64,000 nucleotides of DNA from Patescibacteria group bacterium (lineage in GTDB: Bacteria; Patescibacteriota; UBA1384; XYA2-FULL-43-10; 1-14-0-10-43-13): positions 929-64,928 of the forward strand of contig JBAYHC010000004.1 of the NCBI GenBank assembly GCA_041666325.1. The letters run 5' to 3'. The notes under the pieces are model-generated. The model ran no database searches. It saw only the letters and a list, made by a program, of their open reading frames with translations, and was not told the origin of the DNA. Each line of letters opens with the position of its first letter. Positions within the stretch are counted from its first letter, which is position 1. This document shows positions 29,834-38,458 of the stretch, piece by piece. The translations under genes and the position numbers were made by a program.

Positions 29834-30264
29834 TGGACCATGTTGCCATAATGAAAAAATCGCATGGTTTTTTGCCCAAGATCCTCTTGGGCAAAAAGAC
29901 AATCGAGTCACGCTGGTACACCTCAAAAAGAGCCCCATGGGAGATGATCAAGCCAGGAGAAACTGTTTACTTCAAAGACTCGGGATCGCCCGTAACAGTC
30001 AAGGCAAAAGTTAGAAAAGTCCTCCAGTTTGCTGACCTCAACCCAAGAGAGATCTCTGAGATTGTCGCAAAGCATGGCCAAGAAATCGGTATTTCAGCCA
30101 ATGAAGCAGCACTATTTTGCCAGGCAAGACGAGATAAGAAATATTGCATTCTCATCTTTCTAGATAACGTTGGGCGAATAGAACCATTTGAGATTGATAA
30201 AACAGGATTTGGCAATATGACGGCATGGATAAGCGTGCCTGATATCAATATGATCAAACACTGA
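29833..30264 (+). CDS. ASCH domain protein
   Basis: KTIESRWY...GETVYFKDSG is an ASCH-like beta-barrel pattern. Confidence 0.55.
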   Translation: MDHVAIMKKSHGFLPKILLGKKTIESRWYTSKRAPWEMIKPGETVYFKDSGSPVTVKAKVRKVLQFADLNPREISEIVAKHGQEIGISANEAALFCQARRDKKYCILIFLDNVGRIEPFEIDKTGFGNMTAWISVPDINMIKH

Positions 30265-30279
30265 TTGTAAGGAGAAAAT

Positions 30280-30990
30280 ATGAAAAAAGTTGTTATCGAA
30301 CAATCCATCTTTGGCAAATATCCCTCGGCCAAAGTTGGGGTAATCGTGGCGAAGAATATTAATAATGTCAGCTCCAGCGAGGAGATAACAGCCCGACTCC
30401 GAGAAGAGGAAAAGAGAATCAGGGAAGGATTCGTTACTGAGACCCTCTCCCAGCACCCAAAAATAAACTGTTGGCGAAAGGCCTACTCTGCCTTCGGTTC
30501 CAAAGGCGGCGAATACAAATCTTCAGTTGAAGCACTTTACCGCCGCGTAATAAAAGGCGGGAAACTGAGGCCGATCAATCCTTTGGTGGATATCTATAAC
30601 TATATCTCGCTCAAGCATATGATGCCGGTTGGGGGCGAAGACCTGGACAATATTGAGGGAGATATTTATCTGACTTTCGCTGGAAGCAATGAAGTACCAG
30701 TACTCCTTCTCGGAGACGAAGAAGCCAAGACCCCAACCGCAGGCGAGGTAATTTACAAGGACAACATCTCCGCCATCTGCCGACGTTGGAACTGGCGAGA
30801 AGCTGATCGAACAAAATTAACCGAAAACACTAAGAGCGCAATTTTAGTCATAGACGGGATCGACCCCCTGAGCAACGAAGAAATTGCCTCTGCCTTAGAT
30901 GAATTTGAAACACTAATTAGACGACACTGCGGCTGCATCACGCAAAAGACTATTCTCGACAAATCAAATCCGGAGCTAGTCTTTGAATAG
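30280..30990 (+). CDS. B3/B4 tRNA-binding domain protein
   Basis: GGAG RBS. CWRKAYSAFGSKGG...PINPLVDIYNYISLKHMMPVGGEDLD resembles the B3/4 domain. Confidence 0.6.
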   Translation: MKKVVIEQSIFGKYPSAKVGVIVAKNINNVSSSEEITARLREEEKRIREGFVTETLSQHPKINCWRKAYSAFGSKGGEYKSSVEALYRRVIKGGKLRPINPLVDIYNYISLKHMMPVGGEDLDNIEGDIYLTFAGSNEVPVLLLGDEEAKTPTAGEVIYKDNISAICRRWNWREADRTKLTENTKSAILVIDGIDPLSNEEIASALDEFETLIRRHCGCITQKTILDKSNPELVFE

Positions 30991-31034
30991 AAAAAGGGCC
31001 GCCAATACGACGGTCCCAACAGAAATGTCTGCGC

Positions 31035-31844
31035 TCAACACGTAGGAAACAAAACTTGGAAGGTTGAGCCCTTGCCGGGCTCGCTTTGAACAAAGATTGC
31101 TCCATGGTGGCCCCGGACAATGCCAAGCACAACAGGTAGCCCCATACCACGACCGATAAACTTGGTGGTGAAGAAGGGGTCGAAGGCTTTGGCCATAACC
31201 TCATTGGTCATACCAGCGCCTGTATCCGACACCTCGATGAAAACATACTCGCCCGGAATCAGCGTGCTGCCCGGAACCGCCAAGGCGAGTTGGTCCTGAG
31301 TGAATTTGGCCCGACCGACACGGACAGTTACCATGCTGGTGCGCCTTTTATCCTGAATCGCCTCAAAAGCATTGGCAATAAGATGGTCGACCAGTCTCTT
31401 TATCTGCTCAAGATCAGCACAGAGCTTGAAAGATTCGTCCCCTATTGGTACGAACAGGGCAAGATCATCGAATCTGTATATACCCCAATCAGGCATTCGA
31501 GCAAGGTCAATCTCCCGAAGGACAAAGCAGCCTCCCCCGGAGTAGTCATTCAGCTGAACTGACAGCTGCCTGATCTTCTCGACTGCCACTCTTATTGGCT
31601 CCAAATGGGCCAAGACTGGAGAGTCGGCCGGAAGTTTCGTCTCCAGCAAATCAACATTGCCAAGAATTGCCATCAGGGCATTGTTGTTAAGATGAGCGAC
31701 AGCACCAGCAAGAACATGGCTCTTTTCCAAAAACCGCTCCCGCTCCTCACGGATCAGGACTTCCGGCTCCGTGATTTGGCGGCGGACAAGAGCGAGTGCT
31801 CTTCTGGCGTCATCCAAAAATCCCATCATTGGTCTCCCCCCCAT
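31035..31844 (-). CDS. Soluble sensor histidine kinase (HisKA + HATPase_c) with no adjacent response regulator
   Basis: H-box AVAHLNNNALMAILGNVDLL. N, G1 and G2 boxes: IEVSDTGAGM...GRGMGL...GKGSTF. Confidence 0.75.
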   Translation of the reverse strand: MGGRPMMGFLDDARRALALVRRQITEPEVLIREERERFLEKSHVLAGAVAHLNNNALMAILGNVDLLETKLPADSPVLAHLEPIRVAVEKIRQLSVQLNDYSGGGCFVLREIDLARMPDWGIYRFDDLALFVPIGDESFKLCADLEQIKRLVDHLIANAFEAIQDKRRTSMVTVRVGRAKFTQDQLALAVPGSTLIPGEYVFIEVSDTGAGMTNEVMAKAFDPFFTTKFIGRGMGLPVVLGIVRGHHGAIFVQSEPGKGSTFQVLFPTC

Positions 31845-31961
31845 CCAGCACTCTTCAAGTGCGAATGTAATTATACACGAATTTTGAAAATTGTAAACTC
31901 ATTCTGATACCAGCTAGAACTATTTCCATCTTTTGTTAAGATAGATAGTAACTATGAAACA

Positions 31962-32249
31962 ATGACAAGGAGGATTATGGATTTAGGGGAAATAGAAAAA
32001 GCACTCGAAGAAATCAAGGAACGCAACCTCAAAGTCGAGGCCGACAAGGCCTGGGAAACGAGTTGGACCAGGAGATTGCTGCTCATCGCATTCACCTATT
32101 TGGCTATCGGCCTATACCTCAACGCCATCGCAATCGACCGGCCCTGGCTCAATGCCATTGTCCCGGCTGTCGGCTTCATGCTCTCAACACTCACCCTTCC
32201 CTTCTTCAAAAAGTTATGGTTAAATAAGTTTCAGCACAGCAGAGGATAA
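31962..32249 (+). CDS. Small membrane protein
   Basis: AGGAGG RBS. Two TM helices. Confidence 0.4.
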   Translation: MTRRIMDLGEIEKALEEIKERNLKVEADKAWETSWTRRLLLIAFTYLAIGLYLNAIAIDRPWLNAIVPAVGFMLSTLTLPFFKKLWLNKFQHSRG

Positions 32250-32277
32250 TTATCCCTGCGAAATCGGGAGGGAAAGC

Positions 32278-32697
32278 GTGGCTCCACACACCACTGCTAT
32301 ACATACCACTTCTATTCTGGCTGTTGACGAAGAGGCTCATCCTGGCAGGTTTTTGGCTCTCAAACGACACCCCGACAAGCGTCATGGCGGAAAGTGGAAC
32401 ATTGTTTCTGGCAAATTAGAACCCAAAGAAAATGTTGAGAAGTGCGTTTGCCGTGAAATCAGAGAAGAGCTCGGGCCGAATGTCGTTTGCACGCTGATAG
32501 AAGCAAAAAGGGTGCGTTCTTATAGAGAAGACGATGGCCAGGTCTGGATTGTCAATCCGACTATGTGTCGAATCAGCGGCGATATCGTGCTCAATGACGA
32601 GAACACCGAATACCGTTGGGTAACACTGGAAGAGTTCCTGGCACTTGATATCGTTCCACCAGTTATTCCCGACCTGCATGATTTCTTCCCCTTCTAG
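32278..32697 (+). CDS. NUDIX hydrolase (GTG start)
   Basis: GGGAGGG RBS before the GTG. NUDIX box GKLEPKENVEKCVCREIREELG. Confidence 0.8.
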   Translation: MAPHTTAIHTTSILAVDEEAHPGRFLALKRHPDKRHGGKWNIVSGKLEPKENVEKCVCREIREELGPNVVCTLIEAKRVRSYREDDGQVWIVNPTMCRISGDIVLNDENTEYRWVTLEEFLALDIVPPVIPDLHDFFPF

Positions 32698-32778
32698 CCC
32701 GCCCCTGGCGGGCTTTTTGATAAAAACGCCCGCTCCGCGGCTGCGGAACGGGCTGATGTGCGAACAACGGTCCGAGGC

Positions 32779-33519
32779 CTACTGGCCGGCAGGCTGCGGG
32801 AAATCGCTGCCCCAAACGCGGCCGCGGACCTTGCTCTGCAAACGACGCAGCGGGAATTGCCGCCAGAAGAACCATGCGTAAGACGGAAACTCCTGGGGCG
32901 GAAGATGCGTCACCTGCAGTTCCTTGAACATCTCGGCCAGCACCGGCCTGATCGACCAGACGATGCCGTTGATGCAGGCGGCAACTGCAAGCGGACTGAT
33001 CCGGTCTTTACCCAACCGCCAACCATCCTCAGCGATAGCATACCGCCGGTTGATATTGAACTCACCGCACTCACCACCGTACTCGCGCATGACGCTCTTG
33101 TTGGGCGAGCCCGCCTGAGAGTAGAAGCTGTGTGTATCGAGGTCCCAGCTCCGGTCGCTCATCTTGATCCCGAACTCATCTTTCAACCACCTGGTATAGA
33201 GCACCGGATCGGCAGCGGCGTCAACGGAAACACTCCACCAGTGCTCATAACAACTAATTGGGCTCAGAATTTCGACAAACTCGGCCTTGATAATCAGAGC
33301 CCGCCCGGCCTCCTGAAAGAAGAGTGAGGTCGCCCTGCATGCCCGACATGGTGTCTTGCACCAGCCAGGAAATGCGACCTCGCAGCGAGCCAGCTTGTCC
33401 ATGCCGTTGGCCCGAAGCAGACCTATCAGCTCAGCAAAGTACTCCTCGGGCGCAAACACTTCCGAAATCTCTGTCGTGGTCATTGGAGACCCCTTTCTGC
33501 GCCTCGCGGCGCGCAGCAA
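32779..33519 (-). CDS. Hypothetical protein (higher GC)
   Basis: 246-aa ORF. The probable start is the internal MTTTEISEV. No motif recognised. Confidence 0.4.
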   Translation of the reverse strand: MLRAARRRKGSPMTTTEISEVFAPEEYFAELIGLLRANGMDKLARCEVAFPGWCKTPCRACRATSLFFQEAGRALIIKAEFVEILSPISCYEHWWSVSVDAAADPVLYTRWLKDEFGIKMSDRSWDLDTHSFYSQAGSPNKSVMREYGGECGEFNINRRYAIAEDGWRLGKDRISPLAVAACINGIVWSIRPVLAEMFKELQVTHLPPQEFPSYAWFFWRQFPLRRLQSKVRGRVWGSDFPQPAGQ

Positions 33520-33589
33520 CCAAGCTGCTCTCCACCCACATCACGCACATGATTATATCACAATATTCAGTATTAGTCAATACAGGCAA

Positions 33590-33616
33590 AGAAAAAGCCT
33601 ACCCCGAAGGGTAGGC
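33590..33616 (-). terminator. Rho-independent terminator
   Basis: gcctaccc-cgaa-gggtaggc with a U-run on the minus strand. Confidence 0.5.
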
Positions 33617-33638
33617 ACAATAGAGCAAGAACCGGCAC

Positions 33639-33977
33639 TCACTGCTTCATGGATGCTCTTGTGAAGCAAGCCATGGCAATGCTGTAGAAAACAACGAATC
33701 CGATCGCATGCAGGAAAAGGAGGTTCTCCGTGTCAGCAGCACCCTCCAGTGACTGCAGCGAAACAGTCAACACAACGAACCGAATCAAGGCCCTGAGACC
33801 TAGCAAGTTAATCAAAGTGGCCACCAGGAGTGAAATCACCCCGCCAGCGACAAAAAAGTTCTGCCTGCTCGCCACTGTCTTGCCGCCAGAGCTACATTCA
33901 TAGCGGCCTCTTGGCTTGGTTACCATGAGCCAATGAAATACCCATCCCGCCACGAGGGGCGCTGATGCAGATCCCAC
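33639..33977 (-). CDS. Small membrane protein downstream of paralog A
   Basis: Hydrophobic helices. The start is probably the internal MVTKPRG, which would overlap paralog A by only a few nt. Confidence 0.35.
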   Translation of the reverse strand: MGSASAPLVAGWVFHWLMVTKPRGRYECSSGGKTVASRQNFFVAGGVISLLVATLINLLGLRALIRFVVLTVSLQSLEGAADTENLLFLHAIGFVVFYSIAMACFTRASMKQ

Positions 33978-34717
33978 TCCCGGCGCTTCGAGGCTAATTC
34001 AGGGAAAGCATAGGTGTCAAACAAACTCAGCAAAATGCGATCGGCCGTGATACTAGTCTGGCTAAACTGAACGATAGCGGTCGAACCCAAACTAAAGGTC
34101 GGCTCGTCTCCATATGTGTTCACCGCTCCAACCAAATGAGGCATCTGTTTGTACTGCTCCGCCTCCTCCGGCCTAATTTTGTACGAATTGCCTCTGATTC
34201 GAGGACCCACCATCACGATTGTCGAATCAGGGCTCTCGCCTTGACCAAACCACTGCTGGCAAAACTCCGCAATCACGCCATCAACCGCCTCGGGGCGGCC
34301 AAAGTGAATCAGCCCGATGTGATTTTTGCCGTAAACGGCAACTGGCGCACAGTCGGCGACGAAAACCGATGAAACTATGCCGCTTCCGCGCCGGAAGATC
34401 ACGCCGTCACACACCAGATCGACATCGCCCATCAAATCAGCAATGGTAACAATTTTGTCATGCTTGCTTCCACCAAGGTTCAAGCTGGCCATGAAAGCTC
34501 CGGGGTAAATCTCCTCCGCCACCTTCCTTGCCACAGTGAGGGCACTTTTGCGGCTGCCTTCCTCACCGATAAAGCCAAGATCACCATTGGCACCAGAAAT
34601 TCCATAAAGAAACGGCTGGTAATCAAACTTAATAGGTTCGTAAGGAGTATAGGCCCGTAACAGTGGACCAGCCACCGTCTCGATCGCCCTTCCACATGTC
34701 ACCGCGTTGTCTAGCAC
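33920..34717 (-). CDS. Paralog A of a duplicated about 260-aa conserved hypothetical protein (GTG start). Conserved Cys in VADCAPV and His in HFGRPE; possible hydrolase.
   Basis: GAGAGGAGGA RBS. Shares D(G)xIFRRGSGIV...ADC..IAVYGK.HIG..H.GRPE.VD.I..EF and the C-terminal SWRD.YF with 35603..36391. Confidence 0.6.
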   Translation of the reverse strand: MLDNAVTCGRAIETVAGPLLRAYTPYEPIKFDYQPFLYGISGANGDLGFIGEEGSRKSALTVARKVAEEIYPGAFMASLNLGGSKHDKIVTIADLMGDVDLVCDGVIFRRGSGIVSSVFVADCAPVAVYGKNHIGLIHFGRPEAVDGVIAEFCQQWFGQGESPDSTIVMVGPRIRGNSYKIRPEEAEQYKQMPHLVGAVNTYGDEPTFSLGSTAIVQFSQTSITADRILLSLFDTYAFPELASKRREWDLHQRPSWRDGYFIGSW

Positions 34718-34761
34718 TTGCGGGTCCTCCTCTCACTGTCGTTCCACCGAAGTGCAGCGTA

Positions 34762-34790
34762 ATTTTAGCATTATTTACACAGTAGGTCAA
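34762..34790 (-). promoter_or_regulatory. Sigma70 promoter TTGACC-N17-TAAAAT for paralog A
   Basis: On the minus strand: TTGACC (34785-34790), 17-nt spacer, TAAAAT (34762-34767). Confidence 0.5.
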
Positions 34791-34869
34791 CTAATTTTCG
34801 TTGACAGTTTTTCTTTTTCGTGGTATATATCAGGCGGTGCTACTCAGCACTAGAGGAGGGAACGATCTC

Positions 34870-35499
34870 ATGGCAGATCAAACCTTGGCGAGGCCGGAGG
34901 GCCTGCCAGACTCCGCCGAGCGCTTCTGTCCTGTCTGTATGGCAGGGCTGGATCAGCATGACCTTCCGTTTCACACCAATTGTCCTGGGAAAGTCAGACT
35001 GCCGCCAGACTGGACATACGGCGGACGGTTGTGGCGCTGTGACCACAACCATATCTACTACACTTACCCCAAGCTTCGAGAGGCAACAAGAGTAGATAAC
35101 TTCAGGGAATTTGGCGGACTTCTTCCTGCGCTGATTGTCATCGCCAATGGTTGTGTCGCCAAGCCAGATCACAAGGACCCGGATCGTTCGGTGTATGCCC
35201 TTGGGGGAACATGCGCCTGGTTTGGAGAGTACTATTTTCCCAGGTTGTGGCCATCAGGTGCAGACTATGAGAAAGACACATACACCGAGTTGATGGCAGT
35301 GTTTGCCACTGAGCTCACAACGATTGCATCTGAATTGCCGGACCTGAAGGCCGACTGCGCGCGCAAAGAGCTAAGGGAGAGAACACGGGATGTTCTGGCT
35401 CGAGATCTCAGGATAAAGCAGGCCAGGGCACTTGATTTGTGCAAAATGTTGCCACCAGTAATGGCTGCTTGCATCCTGCAACCGGCCATTACGCTTTGA
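34870..35499 (+). CDS. Cys-rich (zinc-ribbon N-terminus) hypothetical protein flanked by the two paralogs
   Basis: GAGGAGGG RBS. CPVCMAGL...HTNCPGK...WRCDHNH. Confidence 0.5.
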   Translation: MADQTLARPEGLPDSAERFCPVCMAGLDQHDLPFHTNCPGKVRLPPDWTYGGRLWRCDHNHIYYTYPKLREATRVDNFREFGGLLPALIVIANGCVAKPDHKDPDRSVYALGGTCAWFGEYYFPRLWPSGADYEKDTYTELMAVFATELTTIASELPDLKADCARKELRERTRDVLARDLRIKQARALDLCKMLPPVMAACILQPAITL

Positions 35500-35523
35500 C
35501 TTGGGTCTTTTGCTTTTTCCGGC

Positions 35524-35580
35524 GGCGGTGCACGGGCACCGCCGTTGTTTTTTTAAAAAAGCCATCCAGCGACGGATGGC
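35524..35580. terminator. Pair of back-to-back terminator hairpins between convergent genes
   Basis: ggcggtgc-acgg-gcaccgcc followed by TTGTTTTTTT (plus strand). AAAAAA then gccatcc-agcgac-ggatggc (minus strand). Confidence 0.55.
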
Positions 35581-35602
35581 AACAAAGACAACATGATACA
35601 AT

Positions 35603-36391
35603 TCACGAACAGACAAAGTAGCAATCCCGCCAGGAATGGCGGTTGTTGAGCTTCCGCTCCCGGCGGTCGGAAGCAAAATCCCGACAACCGTAAGTGTCAA
35701 TATCACTGTACCAGATAGCCCCATCCGGTATTCCAGCACGACCCAGGTCGTCACAGTTAGCACCGGTTACATTAAATCCCCAACTTCTCCAAACCGTCTT
35801 ATCAATCTGGGGCACAAGTTCCGGAACGTGACGGATCTGTTCAAGCACATCCTCGCCTAACTCATAATGATACAAACCGATGCCTGGACCAACTATTGCT
35901 GTGGCATTTGCAGAGTCTTCTTTGAGTTCTCGCCACAGCTTTGCAAATTCCGGCACAATCCGATCTACTGTCTCTGGTCGACCGGCATGCATAAAACCAA
36001 TGTGCTCCTTGCCGTAGACCGCAATGACATTGCAATCAGCCACACATGTCTCAACCACGATACCGCTTCCACGTCTAAAGATGGCACCATCGGCGGCGAT
36101 AACCATGCGACTCCCGACAAAATCGAGCACTGGAACAACAATATTGTGCCGAGTATGATAGCGCAAGAAAAGATGAAGATGAAGCGCATCAGGATAGATC
36201 TCCTCAACGTGCCTCTCGATGATCGGAATGGCACTCTTCTGGCTTTCAACATCACCGATGTAACCGAGGCTACCATCCTTACCAATAACCCTGCGCAAAC
36301 TGAATTCGGAACCAGCTCCCGGGACATAGAATATATCGCCAGATAAACCGCTCTTATACGCAAGAGGATCACCATGACTCAGTTCTAGCAC
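35603..36391 (-). CDS. Paralog B of the duplicated about 260-aa conserved hypothetical protein (GTG start)
   Basis: See paralog A. Same start context ctaGCACttgcgg and same conserved core. Confidence 0.6.
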   Translation of the reverse strand: MLELSHGDPLAYKSGLSGDIFYVPGAGSEFSLRRVIGKDGSLGYIGDVESQKSAIPIIERHVEEIYPDALHLHLFLRYHTRHNIVVPVLDFVGSRMVIAADGAIFRRGSGIVVETCVADCNVIAVYGKEHIGFMHAGRPETVDRIVPEFAKLWRELKEDSANATAIVGPGIGLYHYELGEDVLEQIRHVPELVPQIDKTVWRSWGFNVTGANCDDLGRAGIPDGAIWYSDIDTYGCRDFASDRRERKLNNRHSWRDCYFVCS

Positions 36392-36436
36392 TTGCGGCCC
36401 CTCCTTCCGTTCGTCGTTCTACCGAAGTGCAGCGTA

Positions 36437-36465
36437 ATTTTAGCATGAGCAACCGCAATCGTCAA
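36437..36465 (-). promoter_or_regulatory. Sigma70 promoter TTGACG-N17-TAAAAT for paralog B
   Basis: On the minus strand: TTGACG (36460-36465), 17-nt spacer, TAAAAT (36437-36442). Confidence 0.5.
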
Positions 36466-36525
36466 GTTTCCAAGATTATTTCGACTGTGCTATCCTAGTG
36501 AAAGTTAGCTAGACAAGGAGGCACA

Positions 36526-37302
36526 ATGCCACCAGAAGGACTTTCGATAGCTCAAGACGAGACACTTGTCCCGGTTGAGGCATCACTCGATAAAACTCAT
36601 TACTTCCAATATTTTGCCATGCACTACCTCATGCCCGAAATGAGAATTTTGCGTCGTGGCAGAGCGTTAGTTAGGCCCGAAGCCGATGGTTGGCGGCAGA
36701 TCTCAGAGCACTGTCTCTCGGAAGCAGTTGGGGCCGATATTTTAGCCGAGGCACTGGGAGCAAACCGTGAGATGGTTCGACGTGCCGCTCTGCTTCACGA
36801 CTGGTACAAGCGTCGCGAGCTTGAATTGAAGAAAGAGCATGGCATGATCGAGGGCTACCGAATATCCAATACTGAGGATTTGCAGCTACTTCGAGGCTAT
36901 GGCGTTCCGGAAGAGCTAATTAGACTTTCACACTCTAACACCCTAGAAAACGCCGATCCGGACTACCTTGCCAGCCGAACTCTTGAAGAGAAAATCGTTC
37001 ATTTTATGGATCTCATCACAGATTACTCAAATTGGGTCTCATATCTGGAACGGAGAAAGCGTCCCCAGAACAATCCCAAAGCAATCGAGTGGTCAGAGTC
37101 ATTTCGAGAGCAGTACGATGGCGCGAGCCTATTTGAGATGAATCAGCGATTGGAAGCGCTAGAGAGAGGTGAATTTGAGGAAGCACTGGGCTTAGAGCCT
37201 GGAACCCTGGTAAACTTTATGCGCCAAAGATTAAACGAGCGAATCAAACAACTAAAAAGAGAACAGGAAAGTGCCAAACAAGATGAAAAAGATCGATCAT
37301 AG
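36526..37302 (+). CDS. HD-domain phosphohydrolase
   Basis: AAGGAGG RBS. H...HD motif in ISEHCLSEAVGA...AALLHDWYK. Confidence 0.65.
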   Translation: MPPEGLSIAQDETLVPVEASLDKTHYFQYFAMHYLMPEMRILRRGRALVRPEADGWRQISEHCLSEAVGADILAEALGANREMVRRAALLHDWYKRRELELKKEHGMIEGYRISNTEDLQLLRGYGVPEELIRLSHSNTLENADPDYLASRTLEEKIVHFMDLITDYSNWVSYLERRKRPQNNPKAIEWSESFREQYDGASLFEMNQRLEALERGEFEEALGLEPGTLVNFMRQRLNERIKQLKREQESAKQDEKDRS

Positions 37303-38404
37303 GGGTGTTCGCACCTGGATTGAGGTTGACACCAAAGCGCTGGAAAATAATTATAATATTTTCCGCAACCTTATTCATGACAAATGCAAGCTCATGGCTA
37401 TTGCCAAATCAAATGCTTATGGCCATGGCATTTTTGACTATGCCAAGGCAGTTGAAAAATTGGGTGCAGATTTTATTGGCGTTGACTCGATCACCGAAGC
37501 GATTGCGCTTCAGAAGGACGGCATCACTACTCCGCTCTTTATCTTGGGCTACACGCTTCCAGAACGATTAAAGGATGTCATCGAACGCAATATCTCCCTC
37601 ACTGTTTCAACAATCGAGCTTTTGGATGCAATGAACAAGTATCATTACAGCAAGAAGAAATTCAAAGTTCACCTTAAGATCGATACCGGCATGCACCGCC
37701 AGGGCTTTTTTGTCGAAGACCTTCCCCAGGTAATAGAGAAGCTAAAGAACTTGCCTCAGGTTGAGGTTGAGGGTATCTATACCCATCTTGCCACCCCCGG
37801 TGATGTAGAGCACGGAAAGTTTACGAAGCTACAATTTGCTGAGTTCGAAAAGGCGGTAAAAATTTTTAATGATAACGGCCTCAACCCCATTAGGCACGCT
37901 GCCGCTACTGCAGGCACGATGCACCACCCCGAATCGCATTTCGACATGGTCAGGATTGGTATGGGCTTGATGGGAGTACAGAGTGAAACTACAATCACAA
38001 ATTTGCAACAAATCCTTGCCTGGCGGACAATCATTTCAGAGATAAAATCATTGCCAAAAGGAAGTAAAATCGGCTACGGCCTAACGGAGACACTAACACG
38101 GAATTCAAAAATCGCCGTTTTGCCGATCGGCTACTGGCATGGCTATCCCCGCTCGCTCTCAAGTAAGGGACAAATCTTGGTGCGGGGTAAGCGCTGCAAG
38201 GTTTTGGGCCGAATCGCCATGGACATGACGGTAATCGATATCACGGATGTTCCCACTGCCAAAGTCGGCGATATTGCTACGATTATTGGCAAGGATGGCG
38301 ATGATGAAATATCAGCCATAGAAATATCTGGGATCTCTGGTGTCTACCACTATGAATTTCTCACTCGCCTCAATCCATTAATTAAAAAATTCTATCTTAA
38401 CTAA
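37283..38404 (+). CDS. alr: Alanine racemase. The start is uncertain: the ATG at 37283, or an upstream in-frame GTG at 37271 (where the listed ORF begins).
   Basis: PLP-Lys motif IAKSNAYGHG. Full two-domain length. Confidence 0.85.
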   Translation: MKKIDHRGVRTWIEVDTKALENNYNIFRNLIHDKCKLMAIAKSNAYGHGIFDYAKAVEKLGADFIGVDSITEAIALQKDGITTPLFILGYTLPERLKDVIERNISLTVSTIELLDAMNKYHYSKKKFKVHLKIDTGMHRQGFFVEDLPQVIEKLKNLPQVEVEGIYTHLATPGDVEHGKFTKLQFAEFEKAVKIFNDNGLNPIRHAAATAGTMHHPESHFDMVRIGMGLMGVQSETTITNLQQILAWRTIISEIKSLPKGSKIGYGLTETLTRNSKIAVLPIGYWHGYPRSLSSKGQILVRGKRCKVLGRIAMDMTVIDITDVPTAKVGDIATIIGKDGDDEISAIEISGISGVYHYEFLTRLNPLIKKFYLN

Positions 38405-38425
38405 AAAAGGCCGGTGGTTCCGGCC
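38403..38425 (-). terminator. Rho-independent terminator for the 38459..39550 gene
   Basis: ggccgg-tggtt-ccggcc with a U-run on the minus strand. Confidence 0.5.
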
Positions 38426-38458
38426 AAACGGTTCTCGGGCAACAGGGCAACAATCCAA

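Noticed and set aside
30991-31034. Possible terminator hairpin between the B3/4 gene and the histidine kinase (aaaaagggccgcc...gacggtccc)
   Set aside because: The arms are not actually complementary on inspection (gggccgcc vs ggaccgtc).
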